Of a stretch of DNA of 64,000 bases, positions 50,467-59,398 are shown one piece after another. Every line of letters starts with the position of its first letter. The first letter of the stretch is position 1. The notes under the pieces are model-generated. The model did no database searches, was not told the DNA's origin, and was given only the letters and a program-made list of their open reading frames with translations. Source of the DNA: Microcoleus sp. (GTDB lineage Bacteria; Cyanobacteriota; Cyanobacteriia; Cyanobacteriales; Microcoleaceae). Location: the NCBI GenBank assembly GCA_052279835.1, contig CP181291.1:2752001-2816000 (forward strand). Reading direction: 5' to 3'. Both the position numbers and the translations under genes were made by a program.

Positions 50467-50664
50467 ATGAACCAACCAGCAGAACTATCTTTGGAACAGC
50501 AATTTAGCCTGTGCTCCTTTAAAACACAGGTCAATGACATGAGCCGCGAGCAAGCTCAAGAGTTTCTAGTTAAGCTCTACGAACAAATGATGTTGCGGGA
50601 AACCATGTATCGTCATTTTCTGAAACACCACTGGGGCCTAGAACCAAACCCTGGTCTTGAGTAA
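50467..50664 (+). CDS. nblA: Phycobilisome degradation protein NblA
   Basis: LSLEQQFSL..MSREQAQEFL..LYEQMM. Confidence 0.93.
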   Translation: MNQPAELSLEQQFSLCSFKTQVNDMSREQAQEFLVKLYEQMMLRETMYRHFLKHHWGLEPNPGLE

Positions 50665-51012
50665 TGTCAAGTCGCAGTGGGCGACCTCCGTCTCTTACTC
50701 TCTTCCCAGATGGAAATGAGTTGGGGGTGATGGGGCGTCAACTCGAAGCGACAAGTTACAACCTATAGAAAGCAGAAGGTATTTTAACAAACTCGTCCTT
50801 GAATCTGAACATTTGAGGCTTTCTGTTCGGCAGTTGCGATCGCTCAGAGCAAATTATTTAAAAAAATCAAATATATTCGTCTCAACTTGCAGCAGATAAG
50901 GTTGCACAAAAATTTAGTGAGTCGGACATCTGAAACCGACATCCGACTAACAAGACTTTAAATTTTTCAATCAAAGCCCAAGTATTTGGCTATTTAGTCT
51001 AGCTCAAAACAT

Positions 51013-51462
51013 CTATTCCGACTGACGTTCCAAGGTAGCCTCCATGGTGCTGGTTAAGTAATGACCAGACATGATGCCGCTAGAGTGGTAGTAGCGGTTG
51101 CTATCGACGCGGTGAAGGGTATCAAAACCTGTTCGCCGTTGGCGTTCGTCTCCGAGTACCCAGTAACGTTGGACGATCGACTGGGGAGCGATCCAACCTT
51201 CGCCCTCGACGCGGCCAAGTTCGCTGTGCTGGAGCACAAAAGTATACTGCCGTTCATCGCTGTTGAGGTGTCCTCGGTACTGTAAAATAAGTTCTTCGCG
51301 ATCGCCTCCAGGAAACACGAGCTTCGTCACCATACTGAACCAATCTGTTCGGTTCCAGCTCACTAAAGTTTTGCCTTTAACCGTAATTGGCACGCCATTG
51401 CGCTCAATCCAACTTCCTTCGAGCGTCCATTGGCCTGATTCCATTAAAAACGTGTGAGCCAC
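51013..51462 (-). CDS. Conserved hypothetical protein
   Basis: VAHTFLMESGQW... beta-rich ORF; GTG start assumed. Confidence 0.7.
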   Translation of the reverse strand: MAHTFLMESGQWTLEGSWIERNGVPITVKGKTLVSWNRTDWFSMVTKLVFPGGDREELILQYRGHLNSDERQYTFVLQHSELGRVEGEGWIAPQSIVQRYWVLGDERQRRTGFDTLHRVDSNRYYHSSGIMSGHYLTSTMEATLERQSE

Positions 51463-51554
51463 AGTGCTGTTCCTATGCTTTTCCTGCTGGCTAAAATGCT
51501 GTTGCAACAACGCACAGCCGTTGTCTCTCAAAGTATATGGTATCACGCCCAACT

Positions 51555-52724
51555 CTACCCACAGGAGTTAATTTCTCCTAAAAGTACGGGGGCTGAAGCA
51601 CCAGTAACTTGAGGGAGATTACCCGGAATACCTAGAACCCGCCAGTGGGCTAAAACCGCGAAAGCGATCGCCTCTTTAAAATCTACATTCAAGCCCGCCT
51701 CAGAAGTAGTCAACACTTGCACGGAATGCAATTGTGATTGTAATCGGCTTTTTAAGTAGAGATTGTGGCTACCGCCCCCGCATAGCAAAACTCGATCGGG
51801 CATCTGCGGTAAAAAAGTTTGGTAACTGTGAACGATGGAGGCAACTGTCAGTTCTGTCAGAGTAGCCAGCACATCAGCAGGACTGAGCTTGTAATCAGAA
51901 GCCTCGACCAAACAACGGTTAAAATAGTCTACACCAAATAACTCTCGCCCTGTAGATTTTGGCGGTTTTTCCAGGAAGAACTCTTGCTGGAGCCAAGCTT
52001 CTACTAAAGCTTGACAAGGAGTACCAAGGGCTGCCCCTGCTCCATTTTCATCACAAGTTTGAGTTCCCCCGGAGAAGTGTTGCACCGCTAAATCTAATAG
52101 AGAATTTGCCGGCCCTGTATCCCAGCCCAAAATGCGATCCCCCCAATGGGAAACCACAGAGTTGTCCTTCCAGGGACTATTGTCCCTGGAAGGTAGATAA
52201 GTCACATTGCCAATTCCACCCAGATTTTGGATGCACAGATTGAGATTGGGTTGTGCCAACAAGTAAGCATCAACTATAGGCACTAAAGGAGCTCCTTGAC
52301 CCCCGGCAGCAATGTCTGCCGCTCGAAAGTTGCTCACAGTAGTAATGCCTGTCAATGACGCAATCAGCGCGCCCCGCCCTAGTTGCAAGCTGTAACCCAT
52401 CTCCCCCTTCAGGGCTGGTCGGTGGTAGACGGTTTGCCCGTGAGACCCGATTAATTCAGCTCGATCGTACTTTGCTTGAATAGTCAAGGCTGCGGTGGCA
52501 AATTCTTGGGCGATGGCGTCATCCAATGCAGCTAGTTCTGCCATGGACAAAGCAGCCCCGCTGCAAACTGAAAGAATTTGCGATCGCAAATCAGGAGAAT
52601 AAGGAAAAGTGTTACCTGCTAACAACTCAATTTTCAAGTCAGTTTGGGAACCGACCACATCCACCAAAGCAGCATCAATGCCATCCACTGAGGTGCCGCT
52701 GATCAAACCGATAACGCGAGTCAT
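51555..52724 (-). CDS. anmK: Anhydro-N-acetylmuramic acid kinase
   Basis: [38 protein letters not shown]. Confidence 0.95.
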   Translation of the reverse strand: MTRVIGLISGTSVDGIDAALVDVVGSQTDLKIELLAGNTFPYSPDLRSQILSVCSGAALSMAELAALDDAIAQEFATAALTIQAKYDRAELIGSHGQTVYHRPALKGEMGYSLQLGRGALIASLTGITTVSNFRAADIAAGGQGAPLVPIVDAYLLAQPNLNLCIQNLGGIGNVTYLPSRDNSPWKDNSVVSHWGDRILGWDTGPANSLLDLAVQHFSGGTQTCDENGAGAALGTPCQALVEAWLQQEFFLEKPPKSTGRELFGVDYFNRCLVEASDYKLSPADVLATLTELTVASIVHSYQTFLPQMPDRVLLCGGGSHNLYLKSRLQSQLHSVQVLTTSEAGLNVDFKEAIAFAVLAHWRVLGIPGNLPQVTGASAPVLLGEINSCG

Positions 52725-52726
52725 TC

Positions 52727-52765
52727 GATTTTAGATTTTAGATTTTAGATTTTAGATTTTAGATT
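52727..52765. repeat. (GATTTTA)n heptamer repeat
   Basis: About 5 tandem copies between anmK and the phosphatase gene. Confidence 0.85.
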
Positions 52766-52784
52766 GTCCGGGCGTGGACTGGAT

Positions 52785-53516
52785 TTATTTGAGGTCGATA
52801 GTGACAATCACCAGAGTAATATTGTCACGGCCGCCTTTCTCCTTAGCTGCTTCAATCAAAGCAGTTGCAGCCGCTTCACAGGGGCGAATCGACTTCAGAG
52901 GTCCAGCAATCAAAGGATCGGAAAGTTCCTCAGTCAAACCGTCGCTACACAACAGCAAGCGATCCCCAGGCTTGACATCCACCGGCAGAATATCTATCTC
53001 ACGCAAATCCTCACGGCCCAAACACTGGGACAAAACGTGACGCCAGGGATGATTGCGAGCCTGTTCAGCAGTCAGAGCCTTTCTTTGTACAGCTTGAGCC
53101 ACCCAAGTTTGGTCTTCAGTAATCTGATCCAAATGAGAGCCATGCAGTCGGTACAAGCGAGAGTCACCGACATTAGCACACCAAGGCCGCCCCTCATCCC
53201 GGAACACTACCACCACAGCCGTAGTCCCCATATCAGCCCGTTCGGGATGGTTGAGCTGATCGTTCAAAATTGCTTGATTGGCGATTAAAAAAGCCTGTTC
53301 TAACAACAGGGGAGAATCCTCTGGGCCTTCCCAATGTTCTACCAGATAAGATTTAATTGCCTCAGTAGCAATCCGGCTGGCTTCTTGACCTCCGGCGTGT
53401 CCTCCCATGCCGTCGGCCACGATGAAAAACCGCCCCTCCGAGTCGATGTAGTACGAATCCTGATTTACTGAACGAACTAACCCTGTATCTGTCTGACCTG
53501 CGAAAGAGAGTTTCAT
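52785..53516 (-). CDS. PP2C-family Ser/Thr phosphatase (PphA-like)
   Basis: VADGMGGH, NVGDSR, CSDGL, GGRDNIT. Confidence 0.92.
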   Translation of the reverse strand: MKLSFAGQTDTGLVRSVNQDSYYIDSEGRFFIVADGMGGHAGGQEASRIATEAIKSYLVEHWEGPEDSPLLLEQAFLIANQAILNDQLNHPERADMGTTAVVVVFRDEGRPWCANVGDSRLYRLHGSHLDQITEDQTWVAQAVQRKALTAEQARNHPWRHVLSQCLGREDLREIDILPVDVKPGDRLLLCSDGLTEELSDPLIAGPLKSIRPCEAAATALIEAAKEKGGRDNITLVIVTIDLK

Positions 53517-53957
53517 CTCAAACCTCCAAGAAACCTCCACCATAGCTGTACTCAGCACGGTGGTGGGAGAAAGGTAGGCTTAATTGTAAAACATCCCTTA
53601 AGTGTATTTGTGCATGAGCACCAACCATGAGAGAGACTGTTAAATAATTAACAAATTTCTTAAGTCCCATAGGAGTCAATGTCCTGTTTGTGAATATGTG
53701 TGCCAGCTCTGTGAGTCATCCTTTGTATCAGCCCCTACGTGGTTGAAATATAAAAAATTCCCGACTTGCACTCGATCGCAATTCTCTCCATGTATTCGCC
53801 TAATTTTGGGAAACCGAGCGTCGCAACTCTAACAATATCACTTGTTTGAAAACTAAAGTAACATTTTGTTCTTTCACAGTTTGACACTGGGATTTTTGTA
53901 TCTTCAAGGCTCAAAGTCAAATAATAGCCATCAGCTTTTTTAGTGAATGATGGGGTT

Positions 53958-54300
53958 TTGACACTCCCCGGTCTGAAAACGCGGGGATTCTTAAGGACAA
54001 ACTTTGGGCGGATTCATCCCCCAAAGTTTAATTCTTAAAGGGTTAGTCAGCAACCCCCTACCGACTCGCTCTGCAGATTGAGTCTGTGGCTACTTTTGAT
54101 TTGCGGATGATATTAGCTCCATCATTAACGTCTGCATTAATTAACAACCCAGTGCTATAACGGTACAAACCTCGCTTGATTCGCTTACCCGATGGCTGCC
54201 AATAAACAAGCAGGTCAGGTGTGATATGGGAACGCTTTTGCTCACACCAATTCAAGCTATTTGCCAATAAATAATTGTCATGAAATGCCACCAGGGAACA
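53958..54300 (-). mobile_element. tnpB: Internally deleted IS200/IS605 element: tnpB 3' fragment plus right end; left boundary approximate
   Basis: GKRIKRGLYRYSTGLLINADVNDGANII followed by AAGAATCCCCGCGTTTTCAGACCGGGGAGTGTCAA. Confidence 0.8.
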
Positions 54301-54410
54301 TCTCAATAGCTGGCATTGGTAATAGGGAGAAATCTCAACTATGCAATTTAAAATCTCCCATTCCACGGCGGTCTCGACAGAGCCAGCAGAAACTAGCGGA
54401 ATTGACAGCC

Positions 54411-56177
54411 TCAAGACATTCTATCCAAGCGATCGAGCCGCTTAAACAAGCGCAGCAATATAAAGCCAGTACCCACGGCTAGCAAAGCCATCACCAGCGC
54501 CGGCCATACTTGATTGCTGACAAACAAAATTGTCGCCGACAAAGTAAAAGCACTCATCAGCAAACTATAGTTGGTTCCCATTTGAACACTGCTAATGCGG
54601 CGAAGCAAACGGTCTGTTTCAGAAGAACGGACGCGAATCCGCAAATCTCCCTGTTCAAGTTTGTCAATAGTTTCCTCAATCCGGCGAGGTAAACCCAAAG
54701 CAGTGGAACTTACCTGAGCTGCCTGACGGCCAAGTTCGTTAAAAATACTGCTAGTTGTATCATGCCCATTTCCATTACTCATAAGCTGCATGGCAAAAGG
54801 CTGTGCCACCTCCATAAAGTTAAAGTCTGGATCTAAACCGCGGCCGACCCCTTCAATGGTCGAAAAAGCGCGCATCACAAAAGTAAAGGTAGCTGGGAAG
54901 CGAAAAGGTTGGTCGTAGGCAATATCGTAAAGGTCATCTGTAATCGCGCTGACGGACTGATTTTCAAAAGGCTTGTCCATGAAGTTATCCAGCATATACT
55001 GGATCGATCGGCGCACCGGACTCATATCACCCGTAGGAACCAAAGCCCCCAAATTAATCAAAGAATCCATAATTCGTTGACCATCTTTGGAAGCAATACC
55101 GTAGAGAGTTTCCATCAGTCCTTCCCGAACATTGGCCTGAATTTGGCCCATCATGCCAAAATCGTAGAAAATCAGATCCCCATCAGCACTAACAGCGATA
55201 TTACCTGGGTGGGGATCGGCATGAAAAAAGCCATCATTGAGCAACTGGTGCAAATAAGCTTCAGCTCCCTTTTGGGCGATCGACTTGCGATCGATCCCAG
55301 CAGCCTCCAAAGCCTCATAGTGACTGATTTTAATCCCCGGCAGGTACTCCAAAGTCAGCACCCGCGGAGCCGCATAGCGCCAATAAACCCGTGGCACACG
55401 CACCCAGTCGCGTTCGCGAAAATTACGGCGAAAAGTATCAGCATTCCGCCCTTCATTGAGATAATCAATTTCCAGCCACAGAATGCGACAGCACTCTTCA
55501 TAAATCCCCAGCCAATCTCTGCCCCTGCCCCATTTAGGATGATTTTGAAAGTAGCGAGCGATGCCCTTGAGAATTTGCAAATCAATCTCGAACAGCTTCC
55601 GCAGTCCAGGTCGCTGCACCTTCACTACCACTTCCGGGCCAGAATGGAGTTGAGCCTTGTGTACCTGGCCCAAACTGGCAGCAGCCAGAGGCACCGGGTC
55701 AAAACTCTGGTAGAGTTCGTGAACCGTCTTGCCCAAATCCTGCTCAACAATTGCCTCTAACTGCTCGTAGCTGAAAGCAGGGACTCTATCTTGGAGCTTA
55801 GAAAGTTCCTCAACATACTCTGCGGGGAACAAATCAGCGCGGGTGGAAAATAACTGACCTACTTTAATAAAAGTTGGGCCCAAATCCAAGAGAGTTTCTC
55901 GAACCCAGATAGCCTGAAAACGCCGTCTGGCAACTTTCTTTTCTTCAGTAACACCTTTCCAGTAGCTCCAATCTTTGCTGTCGAGCCACAGCGAAGCCAA
56001 CCAGAGCAATACAAAGGTCCAAATGTCGAAGAAGCGCCGCTGCCGGGAGTATTTTTCGCGGTTCCAGCGATAAGCTTTATTGCCGTAGGATTTACCAGCG
56101 GTGGGCGGCAAAACGGCATCGCCGGTAGGCTTGGCGTATCGCTTGCGATTAACAGAGTCATCAAGGAGAGCAGACAC
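54411..56177 (-). CDS. AarF/ABC1/UbiB atypical kinase
   Basis: LGPTFIKVGQ, AAASLGQVH, VVVKVQRP, HADPHPGN, DFG. Confidence 0.93.
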   Translation of the reverse strand: MSALLDDSVNRKRYAKPTGDAVLPPTAGKSYGNKAYRWNREKYSRQRRFFDIWTFVLLWLASLWLDSKDWSYWKGVTEEKKVARRRFQAIWVRETLLDLGPTFIKVGQLFSTRADLFPAEYVEELSKLQDRVPAFSYEQLEAIVEQDLGKTVHELYQSFDPVPLAAASLGQVHKAQLHSGPEVVVKVQRPGLRKLFEIDLQILKGIARYFQNHPKWGRGRDWLGIYEECCRILWLEIDYLNEGRNADTFRRNFRERDWVRVPRVYWRYAAPRVLTLEYLPGIKISHYEALEAAGIDRKSIAQKGAEAYLHQLLNDGFFHADPHPGNIAVSADGDLIFYDFGMMGQIQANVREGLMETLYGIASKDGQRIMDSLINLGALVPTGDMSPVRRSIQYMLDNFMDKPFENQSVSAITDDLYDIAYDQPFRFPATFTFVMRAFSTIEGVGRGLDPDFNFMEVAQPFAMQLMSNGNGHDTTSSIFNELGRQAAQVSSTALGLPRRIEETIDKLEQGDLRIRVRSSETDRLLRRISSVQMGTNYSLLMSAFTLSATILFVSNQVWPALVMALLAVGTGFILLRLFKRLDRLDRMS

Positions 56178-56272
56178 TTGGGTTCCTAAATTGCTTATTT
56201 TATGTTGTTGCTGCGATTAGAAGTAAGAGCGCAAAGCCATGCGCTCCTAGGGTAAATATTTGTGAGTGGCTG

Positions 56273-56608
56273 TTAGGGCAAACTGCTGCGGTAGCGCTGC
56301 AATTCCGATCGCACTAAGGCCACTTCTGCACGTAACTCATCAATAGTTATTTGCAAGTCGGCTGGTTGGATGTCTTGAATAGAGGTAGTAGTGCTGCCAG
56401 TGCCTGTTCTACCTTGCATTGCCGAATCAGCTTCTCTATGAGCTCGTTCTACAACTCGATCTGTGAACTGCCGCAGTCGCTCTCTTTGTTCGGCATCAAA
56501 TTTACCGAATTCAGACAAAGCGTTAGTGGCTGCACTCTCCAATTGTTCGTATAGTGCTTCTGCAAGTGCTCTGCCTATGAAAAAGGCATGAACTGGGGGT
56601 TTACTCAT
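56273..56608 (-). CDS. Conserved cyanobacterial coiled-coil protein upstream of the ABC1 kinase
   Basis: AFFIGRALAE...IDELRAEVA. Confidence 0.75.
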   Translation of the reverse strand: MSKPPVHAFFIGRALAEALYEQLESAATNALSEFGKFDAEQRERLRQFTDRVVERAHREADSAMQGRTGTGSTTTSIQDIQPADLQITIDELRAEVALVRSELQRYRSSLP

Positions 56609-56904
56609 AAAAAACTCCGGTAAGTAGGGAAACTCTATGTTTTTAGACTATGGTTTAAACACGATTTTCACAGATTCTGAATCTGTGTCATGCTTCAACG
56701 AATTTAATGGACGTGAAGAATTTTGTCTCATCTTTTCATCCGTTTAATTCGCGATCGCTGACGAGAAAATTTTCTGTGTACTTCCCCAAACAATTATAAC
56801 TTGGTTATCCCTTCTCTGAAACTTCACGAGCATCTATTCAGGGTATGATTTCAACTTCTTTTCCTGCCACCATCTTGGGAGTCCGCTCCTGAGTTGTCCA
56901 CAGA

Positions 56905-58479
56905 CTAATTCGTAGCAGGTTCTGGGAAAGGTACGGTTGGTTCTGGAACTGTGAGCGGGGAGTCAGGTACGATCGGACTATCGAAACTGCCTTCATTACT
57001 GCTCGGTATCGGGACTTGAGGCGATCGATCTGGCAGAATTACTGGTGAAGGCTGCTCCTGTGGCGGAGAGAAAGTTTCAGCACTCTTAGCCACTGGCGGG
57101 GTAGGGGGTCCGAAGGATTTGGGAGGCGGTTCCGGGGGCAGAGGAGGAACTTCTGGTACGGGTGCTGGGGCGATGGGAGGAGATGGCTCGATGGGGATTT
57201 TAGGTTCTGGGTTGCTAGTTTCTGAAGGCTCCGATCCCGGTGTTGGGGTGGGAGTTTCCGAGGAGTCCGGTTGCGGTGTTGGGGCGGGAATTTCTGGGCT
57301 TGGGGATACCTCTGGTTGGGAGCTAACTTCTGGGGACTCGATTGGTTCTGGAGTGCTGATATCTGCTGGTGTGGATGTCGGCAGATTGTCAACTTCAGGC
57401 GTTGCTACAGGGCTACTTTCAACGGAAGGCTGTCCAAACATTGGTCCCGACGAATCGCCGGATTTTAGTAAGTCTTCTAGTGATGGCAAGGATTCTGTTT
57501 TGGCGGTGTTATTCCTGCTGAGATTGGTACTATTGTAGCGCCATGCTAGGTCAAAACCCATCCAGCCTGCAATTAGAGATGTGACAACAAAGACCAGCAG
57601 AGTCAACTGTGGGGGCGGTGGTGCGGGCAAACGCAGAGTTTGCTTTGTTTTGATTGCTGGTAATTGCTCTGTTTCTTGCAGCATAGCGAGCCAATTTTCC
57701 ACGGTTTGGGGGCGTTTGTCGGGTTCAGTTTCTAGTCCCCGAAGGATAGCTTGCTCAACTCCGGGGCTGAGGTTGGGTTGCCATTGTCGCAAATTTGGCA
57801 GGGGAATCCGATCGCGCAAGGGTGCTGCTATGGGTGGTTGACCCGATAGTAAGTAGTATAGGGTTGCCGAGAGGGAGTATACATCTGTGGCGGGTGTACA
57901 TTTACCATCATGGAGGTATTGTTCGATCGGTGCATATCCTGGGGAGAGCAAGTTAGTGTGGGTTTGTTTTGTGCCGGCCGTAAAGTCCCTGGCTATGCCA
58001 AAATCTATGAGCATGACGATGTGAGTATCCTCTCGTCGTATCATATTTTCTGGTTTGAGATCTCGGTGTAGCAAGCCGCTGTGGTGTACTGTGCTTAAGG
58101 CTGAGGCTATTTGCCGAATGTAGTGTAGGGCTTGAGCTTCTGGTAGTGGCTCGCCTGTGGCGACTATTTTGGCCAAAGTTTGGCCGGGAATGTAGTCCAT
58201 GGCGATAAAGGACTGTCCGGCTTCTGTAAAAAAGTCTATAACTCTGACTATGTTGGAATGCTGACACCGAGAGAGGCGTTGGGCCTCGGCGATGAATTGC
58301 TCCTGAAATTGGGCAGATTCAGGGTGTTGGCGCAGACTTTCGTTAAGGGTTTTGAGTACGACGGTTTGGTTTAAATGGGAGTGTGTGGCTCGGTAAGTGA
58401 TCCCGAACCCTCCTATACCTAAAGTCGTGTTAATTGTGTATTTGCCCTGTTGCAGGACTGTTGTTGGCGCTAAGTTCAT
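56905..58479 (-). CDS. Membrane Ser/Thr kinase with Pro-rich C-terminus
   Basis: GIGGFG, HRDLKPEN, DFG, GYAPIEQ; TM LLVFVVTSLIAGWMG. Confidence 0.92.
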   Translation of the reverse strand: MNLAPTTVLQQGKYTINTTLGIGGFGITYRATHSHLNQTVVLKTLNESLRQHPESAQFQEQFIAEAQRLSRCQHSNIVRVIDFFTEAGQSFIAMDYIPGQTLAKIVATGEPLPEAQALHYIRQIASALSTVHHSGLLHRDLKPENMIRREDTHIVMLIDFGIARDFTAGTKQTHTNLLSPGYAPIEQYLHDGKCTPATDVYSLSATLYYLLSGQPPIAAPLRDRIPLPNLRQWQPNLSPGVEQAILRGLETEPDKRPQTVENWLAMLQETEQLPAIKTKQTLRLPAPPPPQLTLLVFVVTSLIAGWMGFDLAWRYNSTNLSRNNTAKTESLPSLEDLLKSGDSSGPMFGQPSVESSPVATPEVDNLPTSTPADISTPEPIESPEVSSQPEVSPSPEIPAPTPQPDSSETPTPTPGSEPSETSNPEPKIPIEPSPPIAPAPVPEVPPLPPEPPPKSFGPPTPPVAKSAETFSPPQEQPSPVILPDRSPQVPIPSSNEGSFDSPIVPDSPLTVPEPTVPFPEPATN

Positions 58480-58685
58480 CTTTAGTTGATGCCGTGTCCC
58501 AACCTATGCTATCGCCTTTGGGTAATTAAAGCAGAGTGAGGGCGAGCGGTTCCATGGAGCCGAAGCCTGATTTTACTCTGCTTTGCCTAATTACTAGACT
58601 TTGTATCTGGCGATCGTTTTATGGGGATGTCCCAATCAGTTTATCTGTAACCAGCGTCTTAAAACTTAATATAATAGTTTTCCAA

Positions 58686-58775
58686 TAAAAATCCCGCTCT
58701 TTTGGAGCGGGAAAGCCATCAGGGTGCATCTATATCTATGACTATAGTCTATGGGGGGTGTAACCCCTCTTTCCT
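58686..58775 (-). ncRNA. Candidate small RNA with intrinsic terminator, possibly PsrR1-like
   Basis: Minus-strand terminator TCCCGCTC-CAAAA-GAGCGGGA-TTTTT; HLR1-like TTAACAAG-TC-TTTACACT at about 58776-58793; no ORF. Confidence 0.45.
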
Positions 58776-58934
58776 TTAACAAGTCTTTACACTAGACTCA
58801 CTTTTGTAAATTTTTAGTTTTGAGCTTGACTTGTGAGAATAATTGTGGTAATGGAGATAGTCAGAGGGCGATCGCCAGCTTAAAAAAATCCACCCACCAA
58901 TCAATATCCAGGCTAGTCGCTCCCCATCGCACGT

Positions 58935-59384
58935 TCAATTACCGTGTTTCGGCAAATGGTGCAACAAATACCAGAATACAGCCACATTGACGATAAATAC
59001 CGCTAACTTCAGGAAAGTAACACCCTGAATTAATTCAAAAATTTCCGGCGGAATACTGATACCAACTAGCACTAAAACTAAGATTGTTGCCCAACCTTTT
59101 TCGTACCACAATCCCACAGCTTCCACAGCAGTGATCGCTGCATAAAGTCCAGTCGCCATGCCGCTAAACAGTAAGGTCTTAGGCTTTAGTATCAGCAGCT
59201 TATCCAATAAAAACTCAATAATTGTCACCTTTGTTTCTAACAAATAAGAATCCGCAAATTGTTCTAATAATTGATGCTTTTTTAGCGCCAACAGCAAAGC
59301 AATAGAAGTCACTGTCAAGAGGGAAGCCACAAAAGTCTTGTAAATCACTATGGCGATTAAACCAGAGGGGCGCTGTTTTTTCAC
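58935..59384 (-). CDS. DUF2127 membrane protein
   Basis: IAIVIYK, EAVGLWYEKGWA, IPPEIFEL. Confidence 0.8.
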   Translation of the reverse strand: MKKQRPSGLIAIVIYKTFVASLLTVTSIALLLALKKHQLLEQFADSYLLETKVTIIEFLLDKLLILKPKTLLFSGMATGLYAAITAVEAVGLWYEKGWATILVLVLVGISIPPEIFELIQGVTFLKLAVFIVNVAVFWYLLHHLPKHGN

Positions 59385-59398
59385 CGGATTATTTTTAC

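Noticed and set aside
54301..54414. N-terminal part of the 118-aa tnpB-like ORF
   Set aside because: Only the C-terminal part resembles TnpB; the rest is read-through of intergenic DNA
54909..55760. 283-aa plus-strand ORF
   Set aside because: Antisense shadow of the ABC1 kinase, with no recognisable motifs
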